40,792 nt of DNA from Candidatus Sericytochromatia bacterium. GTDB taxonomy: Bacteria > Cyanobacteriota > Sericytochromatia > S15B-MN24 > JAQBPE01. The notes beneath the pieces are model-generated. The model made no database searches. It was not told the origin of the DNA and saw nothing but the letters and a program-made list of their open reading frames with translations. Below, piece after piece: positions 27,362-35,948 of the stretch (position 1 is the first letter of the stretch; each line of letters begins with the position of its first letter). The position numbers were made by a program, and so were the translations under genes. The stretch covers positions 1-40,792 of the forward strand of contig JAYKHR010000137.1 in NCBI GenBank assembly GCA_035285125.1, read 5' to 3'.

Positions 27362-27871
27362 GTGACCCCTCCTCTGCGCCTCACCATCGGTGACAGCCCG
27401 CTCGGCCGCCTGCTGGTCGCCACCAGCCCCGCCGGCCTGTGCGCCGTGCTGCCGGGCGACGCGGACGACTGCCTGCGGGAGGCCCTGCGGCGTCGCCTGC
27501 CGGGCCACCCCTGGCTGCCCGTGCCCCCCTCGGAGGAGCCCGCATTCGCCGCGGTCCTGGCCCTGATCGCCACGCCGGCGGCGGGCTGGGCGGGGCCGCC
27601 CCTCGTGCTGACGGGGACGCCCTTCCAGCGACGCGTGTGGGAGGCCCTGCGCGCCATCCCCTGCGGCCGGATCGTCACCTACGGCCAGCTTGCCGCCACC
27701 CTCGGGGCGCCGCGCGCCACCCGGGCCGTGGCCGCAGCCGTCGGGGCCAACGCGCTGGCGGTGGTCGTTCCGTGTCACCGGGTCGGGTTCGCCGACGGCG
27801 GGCTGGGGGGCTTCCGCTGGGGGCTGGCACGGAAGCGGGCGCTGCGGGCGCGGGAGGCCGCGCTGGTTTGA
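27362..27871 (+). CDS. ogt: methylated-DNA--protein-cysteine S-methyltransferase
   Basis: SPLGRL, GTPFQRRVWEALRAIPCGRIVTYGQLA, RAVAAAVGAN, active-site VPCHRV. Confidence 0.95.
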   Translation: MTPPLRLTIGDSPLGRLLVATSPAGLCAVLPGDADDCLREALRRRLPGHPWLPVPPSEEPAFAAVLALIATPAAGWAGPPLVLTGTPFQRRVWEALRAIPCGRIVTYGQLAATLGAPRATRAVAAAVGANALAVVVPCHRVGFADGGLGGFRWGLARKRALRAREAALV

Positions 27872-27965
27872 CATCGGGCCACCTGCGGTACAACGATCAC
27901 AACCGCTTGGCCGCCGCCCCCGCGCGACGGGCCCGGCGCGAAGGTCGCGGCCTCGGAGGCAAGCC

Positions 27966-30275
27966 ATGTTGAAGCGCTCGCTGGGGTGCCTGGTGCTGGT
28001 GCTGGCGGGGTGCTCGGCGGTGCCACCGGCCCCGCTCGCCACCCTCGGGCTGAACAGGCCGGAGGTTGGCGTGACCCCCGCCGCGGAGGCGGCCTCCGCC
28101 GTGGCGGGCTACGGCCTGGCCACCCTCGGGGCGCGCGAGCTCATCGTGCGGTTCGCGCCGCACGCCCGCGGCCGCACGCCGTCCCAGGGGGCGTTCGTGC
28201 GGCGGCTGCGGACAGGTGCGGAGCTCTGGGTGCTGGACTCCGAGGCCGCGCTGAAGGCCGAGCTCGAGTTGCTCTGGCAAGACCCTGAGGTGCTGCTGGC
28301 CGAGCCCAACGTCCGCGTCCCGCAGGCCCTGACCCCCGACGACCCCTTTTTCTTAGGGCAGTGGTGGCATGCCAAGGTCGGGATGCCGTCGGCCTGGGAC
28401 CTGCCCCAGGGCACCGGGGCCGCCAGCGTCGTGGTGGCGGTGGTCGACAGCGGCGTGGACATGGACCACGAAGACCTCCTGCCGAACCTGGCCCCCGGCG
28501 GCTACGACTTCGTCGACAACGACCTCGATCCGAACGACGAGCAGGGCCATGGCACCCACGTGGCCGGGATCATCTCGGCCGTCGCCGGCAACGGCCTCGG
28601 GGGCGCGGGCATCGCGCCAACTTGCAAGATCCTGCCGATCCGGGCCGGCGACGCGTCGCTCTTCATCTCGGACGTCGCCGACGGCGTGATGCACGCCGTG
28701 GCACAGGGGGCCAAGATCATCAACCTGAGCCTGGGCTCCGACGCGGACTCGCCCACCATGCGCGCGGCCGTCGACCAGGCCACCCTGGCAGGCGCCCTCG
28801 TGGTGGCGGCAGCCGGCAACAGCAACGTCACGACGCCGTTCTACCCCGCAGCCTACGAGGGGGTGCTCTCGGTGGGGGCCACCACCAGCACGGACGCACG
28901 GGCCGCCTTCTCCAACCACGGCAAGTGGGTCAAGGTGGCAGCGCCCGGCGTGGACATCCTCAGCACGACGTTCGACGGCGGCTACGGGCTCAAGAGCGGC
29001 ACCAGCATGGCCTGCCCCGTGGTGGCGGGCGCGGCGGCGCTGGTCAGGAGCGCGAGGCCGTCGCTGACGGCAGAGCAGCTCGAGCGGCTCCTGAAGGCCC
29101 AGGGCGCCACCGTCACGGGGTTCACCGGCAACGCCGCCCTCAAGCGGCTGAACGTGCCCCAGACGCTGGGGGCAACGACGCCGGTGGATCAGCCCCCGAC
29201 CCTCGGCGTCCCGACCACGTCGCCCAGCTCGACGATCTGCGCCATCAACGTCAGCGCGAGCGAGCCCGTCTACGGCTCGGTGTCGCTCTCGACCAACAGC
29301 ACGCTCACGGGGGCCACCACGCTGAACCTGCCAACCGGCTCGAGCCGCCTCGCCTTCAGCCTGTCGGGCCTGCAGGCCAACACCAGGTACTACTACCGCG
29401 TCAACGCCCGGGACGCCGCCGGCGGCACCGCCGCCACGGGCATCCTGAGCTTCCTGACGAGCGGCCCGAAGATCAACGTGTTCACGGCCAAAGCCGGGCT
29501 GTACGCCGCCACCCTCAACTGGACCACGAGCACGCCCACCACGCGCGTGGTGGCCATCGGCCCGTCTGCGACCCAGCTGACGACGGTGGTCTCGATGACG
29601 GGGGCCCACGCCACCAGGCACGAGCTGTCCCTGAGCGACCTCGTGCCGGGCCGGACCTACTACTACCGGGTCACGGGCACCGCCACCGACGGCGGCCTCC
29701 TGGCGCCCAAGACGGGCAGCTTCAAGACCACGGCCTTCAGCGCCAGGAGCACCGTCTCAGCCCTCACGCCGACCTCCGCCACGATCGGCACCCAGGCGAA
29801 CGCGGCGGCCGACGTCACGGTGCGCTACGGCCTCTCGAAGGGCGCGCTGACCCAGGTCGCCACGGGCAGCGGCCGGGCCAGCGGCCACGCCGTGACGCTC
29901 TCGGGGCTGCGCCCGGCCCTGGCGTACTTCTTCCAGGTCACGGCCGTGGACGGCCGGGGCAACGTCTCGGTCTCCCCGGTGCTGACGGCCAAGACGATGT
30001 CGCTGGGCATCATGGAACTCGCGGCAGTGGGCGTCACGTCCAGCGGCGCGACGCTGCAGTGCCACACCACGCTCCCGGTGATGGCCGAGCTGCGCCTCGG
30101 CCTCTCGCCCACCTCGCTGCTGCCGGCAGGCGGCAGCACCAGCCCCACGACGCAGCTCACCGCGCCGCTGACGGGGCTGAGCCCGAACACCACGTACTAC
30201 GCCCAGGTGGTGATCACGGACGCTGCTTCGAACACGCAGCCCAGCAGCGTGATCAGCTTCACCACGCTGCCGTGA
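27966..30275 (+). CDS. S8 subtilisin-family serine protease lipoprotein with C-terminal FN3-like repeats
   Basis: Lipobox LAGC; triad VVDSGV / HGTHVAG / GTSMACP; AAAGN oxyanion Asn; four LxGLxPxTxYY-type FN3 strands; GGAGG RBS. Confidence 0.93.
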   Translation: MLKRSLGCLVLVLAGCSAVPPAPLATLGLNRPEVGVTPAAEAASAVAGYGLATLGARELIVRFAPHARGRTPSQGAFVRRLRTGAELWVLDSEAALKAELELLWQDPEVLLAEPNVRVPQALTPDDPFFLGQWWHAKVGMPSAWDLPQGTGAASVVVAVVDSGVDMDHEDLLPNLAPGGYDFVDNDLDPNDEQGHGTHVAGIISAVAGNGLGGAGIAPTCKILPIRAGDASLFISDVADGVMHAVAQGAKIINLSLGSDADSPTMRAAVDQATLAGALVVAAAGNSNVTTPFYPAAYEGVLSVGATTSTDARAAFSNHGKWVKVAAPGVDILSTTFDGGYGLKSGTSMACPVVAGAAALVRSARPSLTAEQLERLLKAQGATVTGFTGNAALKRLNVPQTLGATTPVDQPPTLGVPTTSPSSTICAINVSASEPVYGSVSLSTNSTLTGATTLNLPTGSSRLAFSLSGLQANTRYYYRVNARDAAGGTAATGILSFLTSGPKINVFTAKAGLYAATLNWTTSTPTTRVVAIGPSATQLTTVVSMTGAHATRHELSLSDLVPGRTYYYRVTGTATDGGLLAPKTGSFKTTAFSARSTVSALTPTSATIGTQANAAADVTVRYGLSKGALTQVATGSGRASGHAVTLSGLRPALAYFFQVTAVDGRGNVSVSPVLTAKTMSLGIMELAAVGVTSSGATLQCHTTLPVMAELRLGLSPTSLLPAGGSTSPTTQLTAPLTGLSPNTTYYAQVVITDAASNTQPSSVISFTTLP

Positions 30276-30474
30276 GGCCACTCGCTGCCCCCGCTCCAGG
30301 GCGTCACGCCCGCAACCGGCTTAACCGGATGTTCAACCAGGGCGTGATGGCCCGGCCTTTAAAATTGGGGCTCCCTCCCGCTTAGATGGTTCAAGCACCT
30401 GGATCGGCTCTGGGCAGACCTGAGCCTGGCATCCAGTCCCGCAGGGCCGTTCCAAGCCTGACTGTCCAGGGTAT

Positions 30475-30490
30475 GGTGAGGATCCTCACC
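30475..30490. promoter_or_regulatory. perfect 16-bp palindrome directly after a GGGTAT element
   Basis: GGTGAGGATCCTCACC follows GGGTAT at 30469-30474. Confidence 0.45.
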
Positions 30491-30508
30491 GTTCAAGATG
30501 TCTGAGAG

Positions 30509-33004
30509 GTGGCGACCTTGAAGCGCACGCTGCTTTGTCTCCTCGCCCTCGCCCTCGCCGGTTGCTCGGCCACGCAGCCGTGGCTGCCCCTGGGCACGTT
30601 TGCGATGGGCGTGGACGCGGAGGCCCCGACACCCGACGTGGCGGGGGCAGAGGACGCCCCCGTGGGCAGGGTCGCGGGCTACGGCCTGCAGACGCTGGGC
30701 GCGACCGACCTGATCGTCAGGTTCGCCCCCAACGCCAAGACCCGGCGCCCCACCCGCGGGACCTTGGTGGGCGAGCTGGCGACGGGGGCGCAGCTCTACC
30801 AGCTCGACAGCGAGGCGGAGCTTCAGGCAGAGCTCGAGGAGCTCTGGGAGAACGACGACTGCCTGCTCGCGGAGCCTGACGCGCCGTGCCAGGCCCTCGG
30901 GATGACGAACGACCCGGAGCTGCTGAGCGCCGCGCAGTGGCACCACGAGAAGATCGGCACCCCGGCGGCCTGGGACGTGACGCAGGGGGCGGCGACCATG
31001 GCCATCGCCGTGGTCGACTCGGGGCTCGACATCTCGTCCGGCCTCTACCACCCGGACCTCCAGGGGCGCGTGCTCGCGCTCGGCCAGGGCACGTTGAACT
31101 ACGCCGGCGGCGGCTCTTCCAGCGACTACTCGGACGGCTCCAACTACTGCCACGGCAACCGGGTCGCGGGCATCATCGCAGCCACCGCGAACAACGGCCT
31201 CGGCGGCGTCGGCGTCGCCCCCGGGTGCATGATCGTGCCCCTCAAGGCGGCCACCGTGGGCGGCGGCGGGGGATCCCTCCCCTCGTTCAAGACCTCGGCG
31301 CTCATCAACGCGATCAAGGCGGCGCCCACCAAGGCGAACGGCGACGTCAAGGTGATCAACGTCAGCGTCGGGACCCCGATCGACTCTCCCAGCCTTCGCG
31401 AGGCGTGCGACCAGGCCGTGGCGTCGGGCGTCGTGGTGGTGGCCGCAGCGGGCAACATGGGCACCGCCACCCCGGTCTACCCGGCAGCCTACGAGTCCGT
31501 GCTGTCCGTCGGCGGCACGACCGCGACGGACAGCCGCTGGTCGGCCTCCAACTACGGCCCCTGGGTCCGGATCAGCGCCCCGGCCGCCAACATCCGCACC
31601 ACGGGGAATGACAACACGTACGTGACGGAGAGCGGCACGAGCTACTCGGCCGCCATGGTGTCCGGCGCCGTGGCCCTGCTTCGCTCGGTCAAGGCCTGGT
31701 CGCCCGAGGTCGTCATGAAGGCGCTGCGCACCACGGGGGCCCCCGTCACCGGGTTCACGGGGGCAGCACCGAAGCGGCTCGACATCCCCAAAGCGCTCGC
31801 CTTGGCGGCCATGCCGTCCGACTCGGCCCCTGTGCTGAGCAAGGCCATGGTGCTGCCGACGGCCTCGCAGGCCACGCTGACCTTCAGCGTCAGCGAGCCG
31901 GCCTTCGTGTCCGTCAAGGTGGCCGAAGACAAGCTCTTGACGCTGAACCCCCAGGAGTACACCGTCGCCGCGCCCACCACCCGGGCGACGGTCCAGCTGG
32001 CGGGGCTGCAGACGGCCAAGACTTATTACTACCAGATCACCGCCCGCGACACCGCCGTGCCGGGGCTCCAGACCAAGGGCTCCGTCGGCAAGTTCCTCAC
32101 GGCCCTGCCGAAGGTCTCGAAGGTGTTCGTCAAGGCCCAGACGCACACGGCGAAGGTCTCGTGGCTGACGACGGCCGCCGTGACGGGGACCCTCCGGTGG
32201 GGCACAACGGCCGCGGCCGCCGCCGACCCGGCCGCCTCCACGATCGTCGCGACGTCGGGCTACGAGGGCTCACACGCCGTCGACCTGACGGGGCTGGCGC
32301 CGAACACCTCCTACTACTACCAGATCAGCGGGGCCACGGCGAACGGCGACGTGATGCCCCTCAAGACCGGCGTCGTCAAGACGGGCAAGCAGGCCATCAC
32401 GGCCACCTTCGTGGGTGCCTCCAAGAGCAGCCTGAACTTCAAGTTGGTCGGCAAGACCCCCCAGCGCGTGGAGGTGGCCTTCGACGTCGACCCGGTGCAA
32501 CTCCTCGCCAACCCAACCTACACCGTGCCCACCGGGACCGGGCTGGCGCGGGAGCAAACCTTCAGCATCCCCAGCCTGACGCCCAACACGGCCTACCACG
32601 TGCTGATCCGGGCGACGGACAGCTTCGGCACCGTGACGACGCTCAAGCCCCTCATGGCAAGGACGCTCTCCCGCGGCCCCGTCGAGCTGGGCATCGAGGC
32701 CGTCACCACCACCAATGTGACGCTCGCCGTCCACTTCGCCGAGCCCCCGACCGAGCTGAAGCTCTACATCGGCGGCGCCGACAGGTTCGACTTCCGGGAA
32801 GACGCGGCGACCTTCGGGCTCTCGGACTGCACGCCCAGCTTCATCTGGGGGCTGACGACCCAGACCTACTTCCGGCTCACGAGCACGAACCTGCCGACCT
32901 CCAGCGCCGGCACGGGCATCGCGACGAAGGCCTTTGTCGCCAGGCTGAGGATCGGCCCGTCCCCTTACACCTGGTCGGACCCCATCTACTTCAACGCGCC
33001 CTGA
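30509..33004 (+). CDS. S8 serine protease lipoprotein with FN3-like repeats (tandem paralog)
   Basis: Lipobox LAGC; VVDSG / CHGNRVAG / GTSYSAAMVSG; AAAGN; FN3 motifs (LTGLAPNTSYYYQI); N-terminus homologous to the 27966 gene. Confidence 0.9.
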   Translation: MATLKRTLLCLLALALAGCSATQPWLPLGTFAMGVDAEAPTPDVAGAEDAPVGRVAGYGLQTLGATDLIVRFAPNAKTRRPTRGTLVGELATGAQLYQLDSEAELQAELEELWENDDCLLAEPDAPCQALGMTNDPELLSAAQWHHEKIGTPAAWDVTQGAATMAIAVVDSGLDISSGLYHPDLQGRVLALGQGTLNYAGGGSSSDYSDGSNYCHGNRVAGIIAATANNGLGGVGVAPGCMIVPLKAATVGGGGGSLPSFKTSALINAIKAAPTKANGDVKVINVSVGTPIDSPSLREACDQAVASGVVVVAAAGNMGTATPVYPAAYESVLSVGGTTATDSRWSASNYGPWVRISAPAANIRTTGNDNTYVTESGTSYSAAMVSGAVALLRSVKAWSPEVVMKALRTTGAPVTGFTGAAPKRLDIPKALALAAMPSDSAPVLSKAMVLPTASQATLTFSVSEPAFVSVKVAEDKLLTLNPQEYTVAAPTTRATVQLAGLQTAKTYYYQITARDTAVPGLQTKGSVGKFLTALPKVSKVFVKAQTHTAKVSWLTTAAVTGTLRWGTTAAAAADPAASTIVATSGYEGSHAVDLTGLAPNTSYYYQISGATANGDVMPLKTGVVKTGKQAITATFVGASKSSLNFKLVGKTPQRVEVAFDVDPVQLLANPTYTVPTGTGLAREQTFSIPSLTPNTAYHVLIRATDSFGTVTTLKPLMARTLSRGPVELGIEAVTTTNVTLAVHFAEPPTELKLYIGGADRFDFREDAATFGLSDCTPSFIWGLTTQTYFRLTSTNLPTSSAGTGIATKAFVARLRIGPSPYTWSDPIYFNAP

Positions 33005-33164
33005 GCAGGGCGTGGCCGGGCCGGCGCCTCTCGAGGGCCGGCCCCGGCTCGCTGGTCAGGCCCCGCCAGCGGACGGGGGCCTGTGGGAACGGCGTGGGAG
33101 GCGCCGGACGCGCGGGTACAACCGTGGCGTCCCGTTCCTTGTTTGGCCGCCGAGGGTGCCACCG

Positions 33165-34886
33165 ATGCCGAACCCGATCCGCCCGACCAGCGCCCTCACC
33201 CGAGGGCTCGCCGCCGTGGCCGCGCTGGCCTGCCTCGCGCCGCCAGGCCTGGCCGCCAGCCCCCCGCCGGCCGCCCCGAAGGCCGAGGCCGCTGGGCTGC
33301 ACGTGCAGATCCTCGGCACCACCGACGTGCACGGCCGGATCTACCCGACGAGCTACTACGGCGACAACGGCGACGCCCCCGTCGGCGTGGCGCGGATCCA
33401 GACCCTGATCAAGCGCCAGCGCGCCCGGCACCCCCACTCGCTGCTCGTCGACTCGGGCGACTGCCTGCAGGGCACGGCCCTGACCTACCACAGCGCCCGC
33501 ATCGAGCCCCAGGCCCCCAACCCGATGGTGCAGGCCTACAACTTCATGGGCTTCGACGCCTTCGCCGTGGGCAACCACGAGTACAACTACGACCTCCCCT
33601 ACCTGCTCAAGGCGCGCCAGGAGGCCCGCTACCCCTTCGTGTCCGGCAACATCTACCACCACGGCACGGAGCAGCCCGTGTTCCAGCCCTACGTGATCAA
33701 GGAGGTCGGCGGCGTGCGCGTCGGCATCCTCGGCTTCACGACGCCGGGCGTGGCGGTGTGGGACCGCCGCTTCGTGCAGGGCAAGCACGACTTCGGCGAC
33801 ATCGCGAAGGCCTGCGGCCGCTGGCTGCCGGAGGTCCGCCAGCAGGGCGTGGACGCCGTGATCGTCGTGATCCACTCGGGCCTGGGCGACCCCTATGACG
33901 CCACCTTCGGCGGCTACTCGAAGGACGAGGGGCTGCCCGAGGAGAACGTCTGCGCCAAGCTCGCCGAGGCCTACCCGCAGATCGACGCCATCCTGCTCGG
34001 GCACTCGCACAAGGACCTGCCCAAGCTGCTGCACCACGGCGTGCTGCTCACGCAGGCCAAGAAGTGGGGCGAGCGCCTCGCCGTCGTCGACCTGCACTTC
34101 GTGCGCCAGGGCGACCGCTGGCGGCTGACGCACAAGGACTCGCACACCCTTTCCACAGAGGGCGTGCCGCCCGACCCCGAGGTGCTGGCCGTGGCGCGCA
34201 AGGCGCATGAGGCCACCGTGCGCTACGTGAACTCCGTCGTCGGCGCGTCGACGGACGTGTGGTCCTCCGAGCGGGCGCGCGTGGAGGACACCCCGATCAT
34301 GGACCTCGTGAACGAGGTGCAGCTTGCCAAGACGGGGGCGCAGCTCTCATCGGCGAGCGTGTTCAACGCCGGCGCCCGGCTGCCGAAGGGCGAGCTGCGC
34401 GTGAAGGACATCGCGGCGCTCTACGTCTACGAAAACACGCTCACGTCCGTCACGATCACGGGGGCCCAGCTGCGCGCCTACCTGGAGCACAGCGCCCGCT
34501 TCTACGCCCCCTACAAGCCTGGCGGGCCCGTCTTCGACGAGGGGCAGGCGGCCTACAACCAGGACTTCGTGCAGGGCGTGGATTACGTCATCGACGTCAC
34601 GCAGCCGCCGGGCAGCCGGATCACGGCGCTGACCTACCGGGGCGAGCCCGTCCGGCCCGACGCGAGCTTCACGATGGCGCTGAACAGCTACAGGCAGAAC
34701 GGCGGGGGCGGCTACACGATGCTGAAGCAGGCGCCGCTCAAGGAGGCCATCAACGTGGAGATCCGCGAGCTGATGCTCGAGTGGGTGCGGGACCGCAAGA
34801 CGGTGGACCCCAAGCAGCTGTTCCGGCGCAACTGGCGCCTGGCGCCGGAGGGCGTCATCGCGGCGGACGGCCTGCACTACCGCTGA
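33165..34886 (+). CDS. bifunctional metallophosphatase / 5'-nucleotidase (CpdB/UshA family), exported
   Basis: TTDVHG, DSGDCLQG, GNHEYNY, IHSG, GHSH metallophosphoesterase motifs; 5'-nucleotidase C-domain (LYVYENTL, ALNSYRQNGGGGY); signal peptide. Confidence 0.93.
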   Translation: MPNPIRPTSALTRGLAAVAALACLAPPGLAASPPPAAPKAEAAGLHVQILGTTDVHGRIYPTSYYGDNGDAPVGVARIQTLIKRQRARHPHSLLVDSGDCLQGTALTYHSARIEPQAPNPMVQAYNFMGFDAFAVGNHEYNYDLPYLLKARQEARYPFVSGNIYHHGTEQPVFQPYVIKEVGGVRVGILGFTTPGVAVWDRRFVQGKHDFGDIAKACGRWLPEVRQQGVDAVIVVIHSGLGDPYDATFGGYSKDEGLPEENVCAKLAEAYPQIDAILLGHSHKDLPKLLHHGVLLTQAKKWGERLAVVDLHFVRQGDRWRLTHKDSHTLSTEGVPPDPEVLAVARKAHEATVRYVNSVVGASTDVWSSERARVEDTPIMDLVNEVQLAKTGAQLSSASVFNAGARLPKGELRVKDIAALYVYENTLTSVTITGAQLRAYLEHSARFYAPYKPGGPVFDEGQAAYNQDFVQGVDYVIDVTQPPGSRITALTYRGEPVRPDASFTMALNSYRQNGGGGYTMLKQAPLKEAINVEIRELMLEWVRDRKTVDPKQLFRRNWRLAPEGVIAADGLHYR

Positions 34887-34904
34887 GCCCACCCGCCCCG
34901 GGTG

Positions 34905-34913
34905 TGCTATGAT
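34905..34913 (+). promoter_or_regulatory. extended -10 promoter (TGcTATGAT) of tRNA-Arg
   Basis: TG-n-TATGAT ends 9 nt before the tRNA 5' end. Confidence 0.6.
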
Positions 34914-34922
34914 CGGGGTGTT

Positions 34923-34996
34923 GCCTCGGTAGTTCAGTTGGATAGAACGCGTCCGTCCTAAGGATGATGTCGGGGGTTCGAGTCCCTCCCGGGGCG
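34923..34996 (+). tRNA. tRNA-Arg(CCU)
   Basis: Cloverleaf: acceptor GCCTCGG/CCGGGGC, D arm GTTC-AGTTGGATA-GAAC (A20 Arg identity), anticodon arm CGTCC-GTCCTAA-GGATG, T arm GGGGG-TTCGAGT-CCCTC, discriminator G. CCA is not encoded (CCT follows). Confidence 0.95.
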
Positions 34997-35005
34997 CCTG
35001 TTGAG

Positions 35006-35046
35006 AAGCCGGTCTCCAGCGTGGGCTGGGGGCCGGCTTTCTTGTT
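35006..35046 (+). terminator. intrinsic terminator after the tRNA
   Basis: AAGCCGGTCTCCAGC-GTGG-GCTGGGGGCCGGCTT (15 bp with 2 G-U pairs), then TCTTGTT. Confidence 0.8.
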
Positions 35047-35211
35047 CGGCATCCCTCGGGCATACCTCATCGGGGTCCAGGCCCGCCGGGTTGAGCGTCT
35101 CGCCAGGCGGTGGCGGGGGGCGCAGCAGGGCCCGGGTCCCTGCTGAGGAGCCCCCTGAGGCGCGGTGACGGCCGCGCCCCGCAGGCTTGCCCCCGGCTTC
35201 CCCCGCGGCGT

Positions 35212-35889
35212 TCAGGGCTTGGGCGAGGCCGCGGGGCTTGCGCCCTCCTTCGGGAGCGGGTGGTCGCGAAGGGCCTGCTCGTAGACCGCGAGGCGCTTCT
35301 CGTACAGCCTCTTGGCGAAGGGGTAGGCAAACCGCTCGGAGGGGCGGGCCGCCATGTCGGCCACGTCGGCGATCACGGCAGCCGGGAGCAGGGCGGCGGA
35401 GACCCCGAGGGTGGGCGCGATGCCCCCCACCACGGCCTTGGTCGCCTCACCCGTCGGGCGGTTCGGGTCACGGGGGGGGTCCGGCTTGCGCAGGCCGCAC
35501 TCCTCCTCGACCTCCATCACGGCGAGGGCCAGCTTCTCTTCGAGGCTCTGGAGCCGCTCCAGCTTCTCGCGCGGCACGGTGCCGTGCTGGAGGGCGGCCG
35601 TCTGGATCGCCACGCGGGCCCAGTGCAGCTCGACGGCGACCGGCTTGACCTGCGCCACCCACTCCCGCCTGCCCGGTATGTCCGCGGGGGGACGTTTCAC
35701 TGCGTACAGCGCCGCCTCGGCCGCCTTGAAGCGATCGAGCTGCTCGGCCGTCGGCGGCTTGGTCTCGAACGCGTCCTTCGCATAGCGCGGCTGGGGCGCG
35801 GCCGGCGTTGCCTGAGGGGCCACTGCCGCCCCGGCAGGTCGCGGGGCGGAGAGCTTGAGGGTGTCGCCCGAGCGAATGGCGTCAGACAT
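35212..35889 (-). CDS. hypothetical protein
   Basis: AGGAGG RBS, GC3-rich codons, helical body with one hydrophobic segment (VVGGIAPTLGVSAALLPAAVIA). Confidence 0.75.
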   Translation of the reverse strand: MSDAIRSGDTLKLSAPRPAGAAVAPQATPAAPQPRYAKDAFETKPPTAEQLDRFKAAEAALYAVKRPPADIPGRREWVAQVKPVAVELHWARVAIQTAALQHGTVPREKLERLQSLEEKLALAVMEVEEECGLRKPDPPRDPNRPTGEATKAVVGGIAPTLGVSAALLPAAVIADVADMAARPSERFAYPFAKRLYEKRLAVYEQALRDHPLPKEGASPAASPKP

Positions 35890-35948
35890 GGCCAGGGGCC
35901 TCCTGGGGCCGCTGGGAGCGGCTCGCGCACCGCCCCTCCACGTGTTCC

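Noticed and set aside
35047..35211. Possible structured ncRNA after the tRNA terminator
   Set aside because: Only short GC hairpins (e.g. CAGCAGGG-N7-CCCTGCTG), explainable by chance or as the terminator of the convergent gene; no recognisable RNA family motif.
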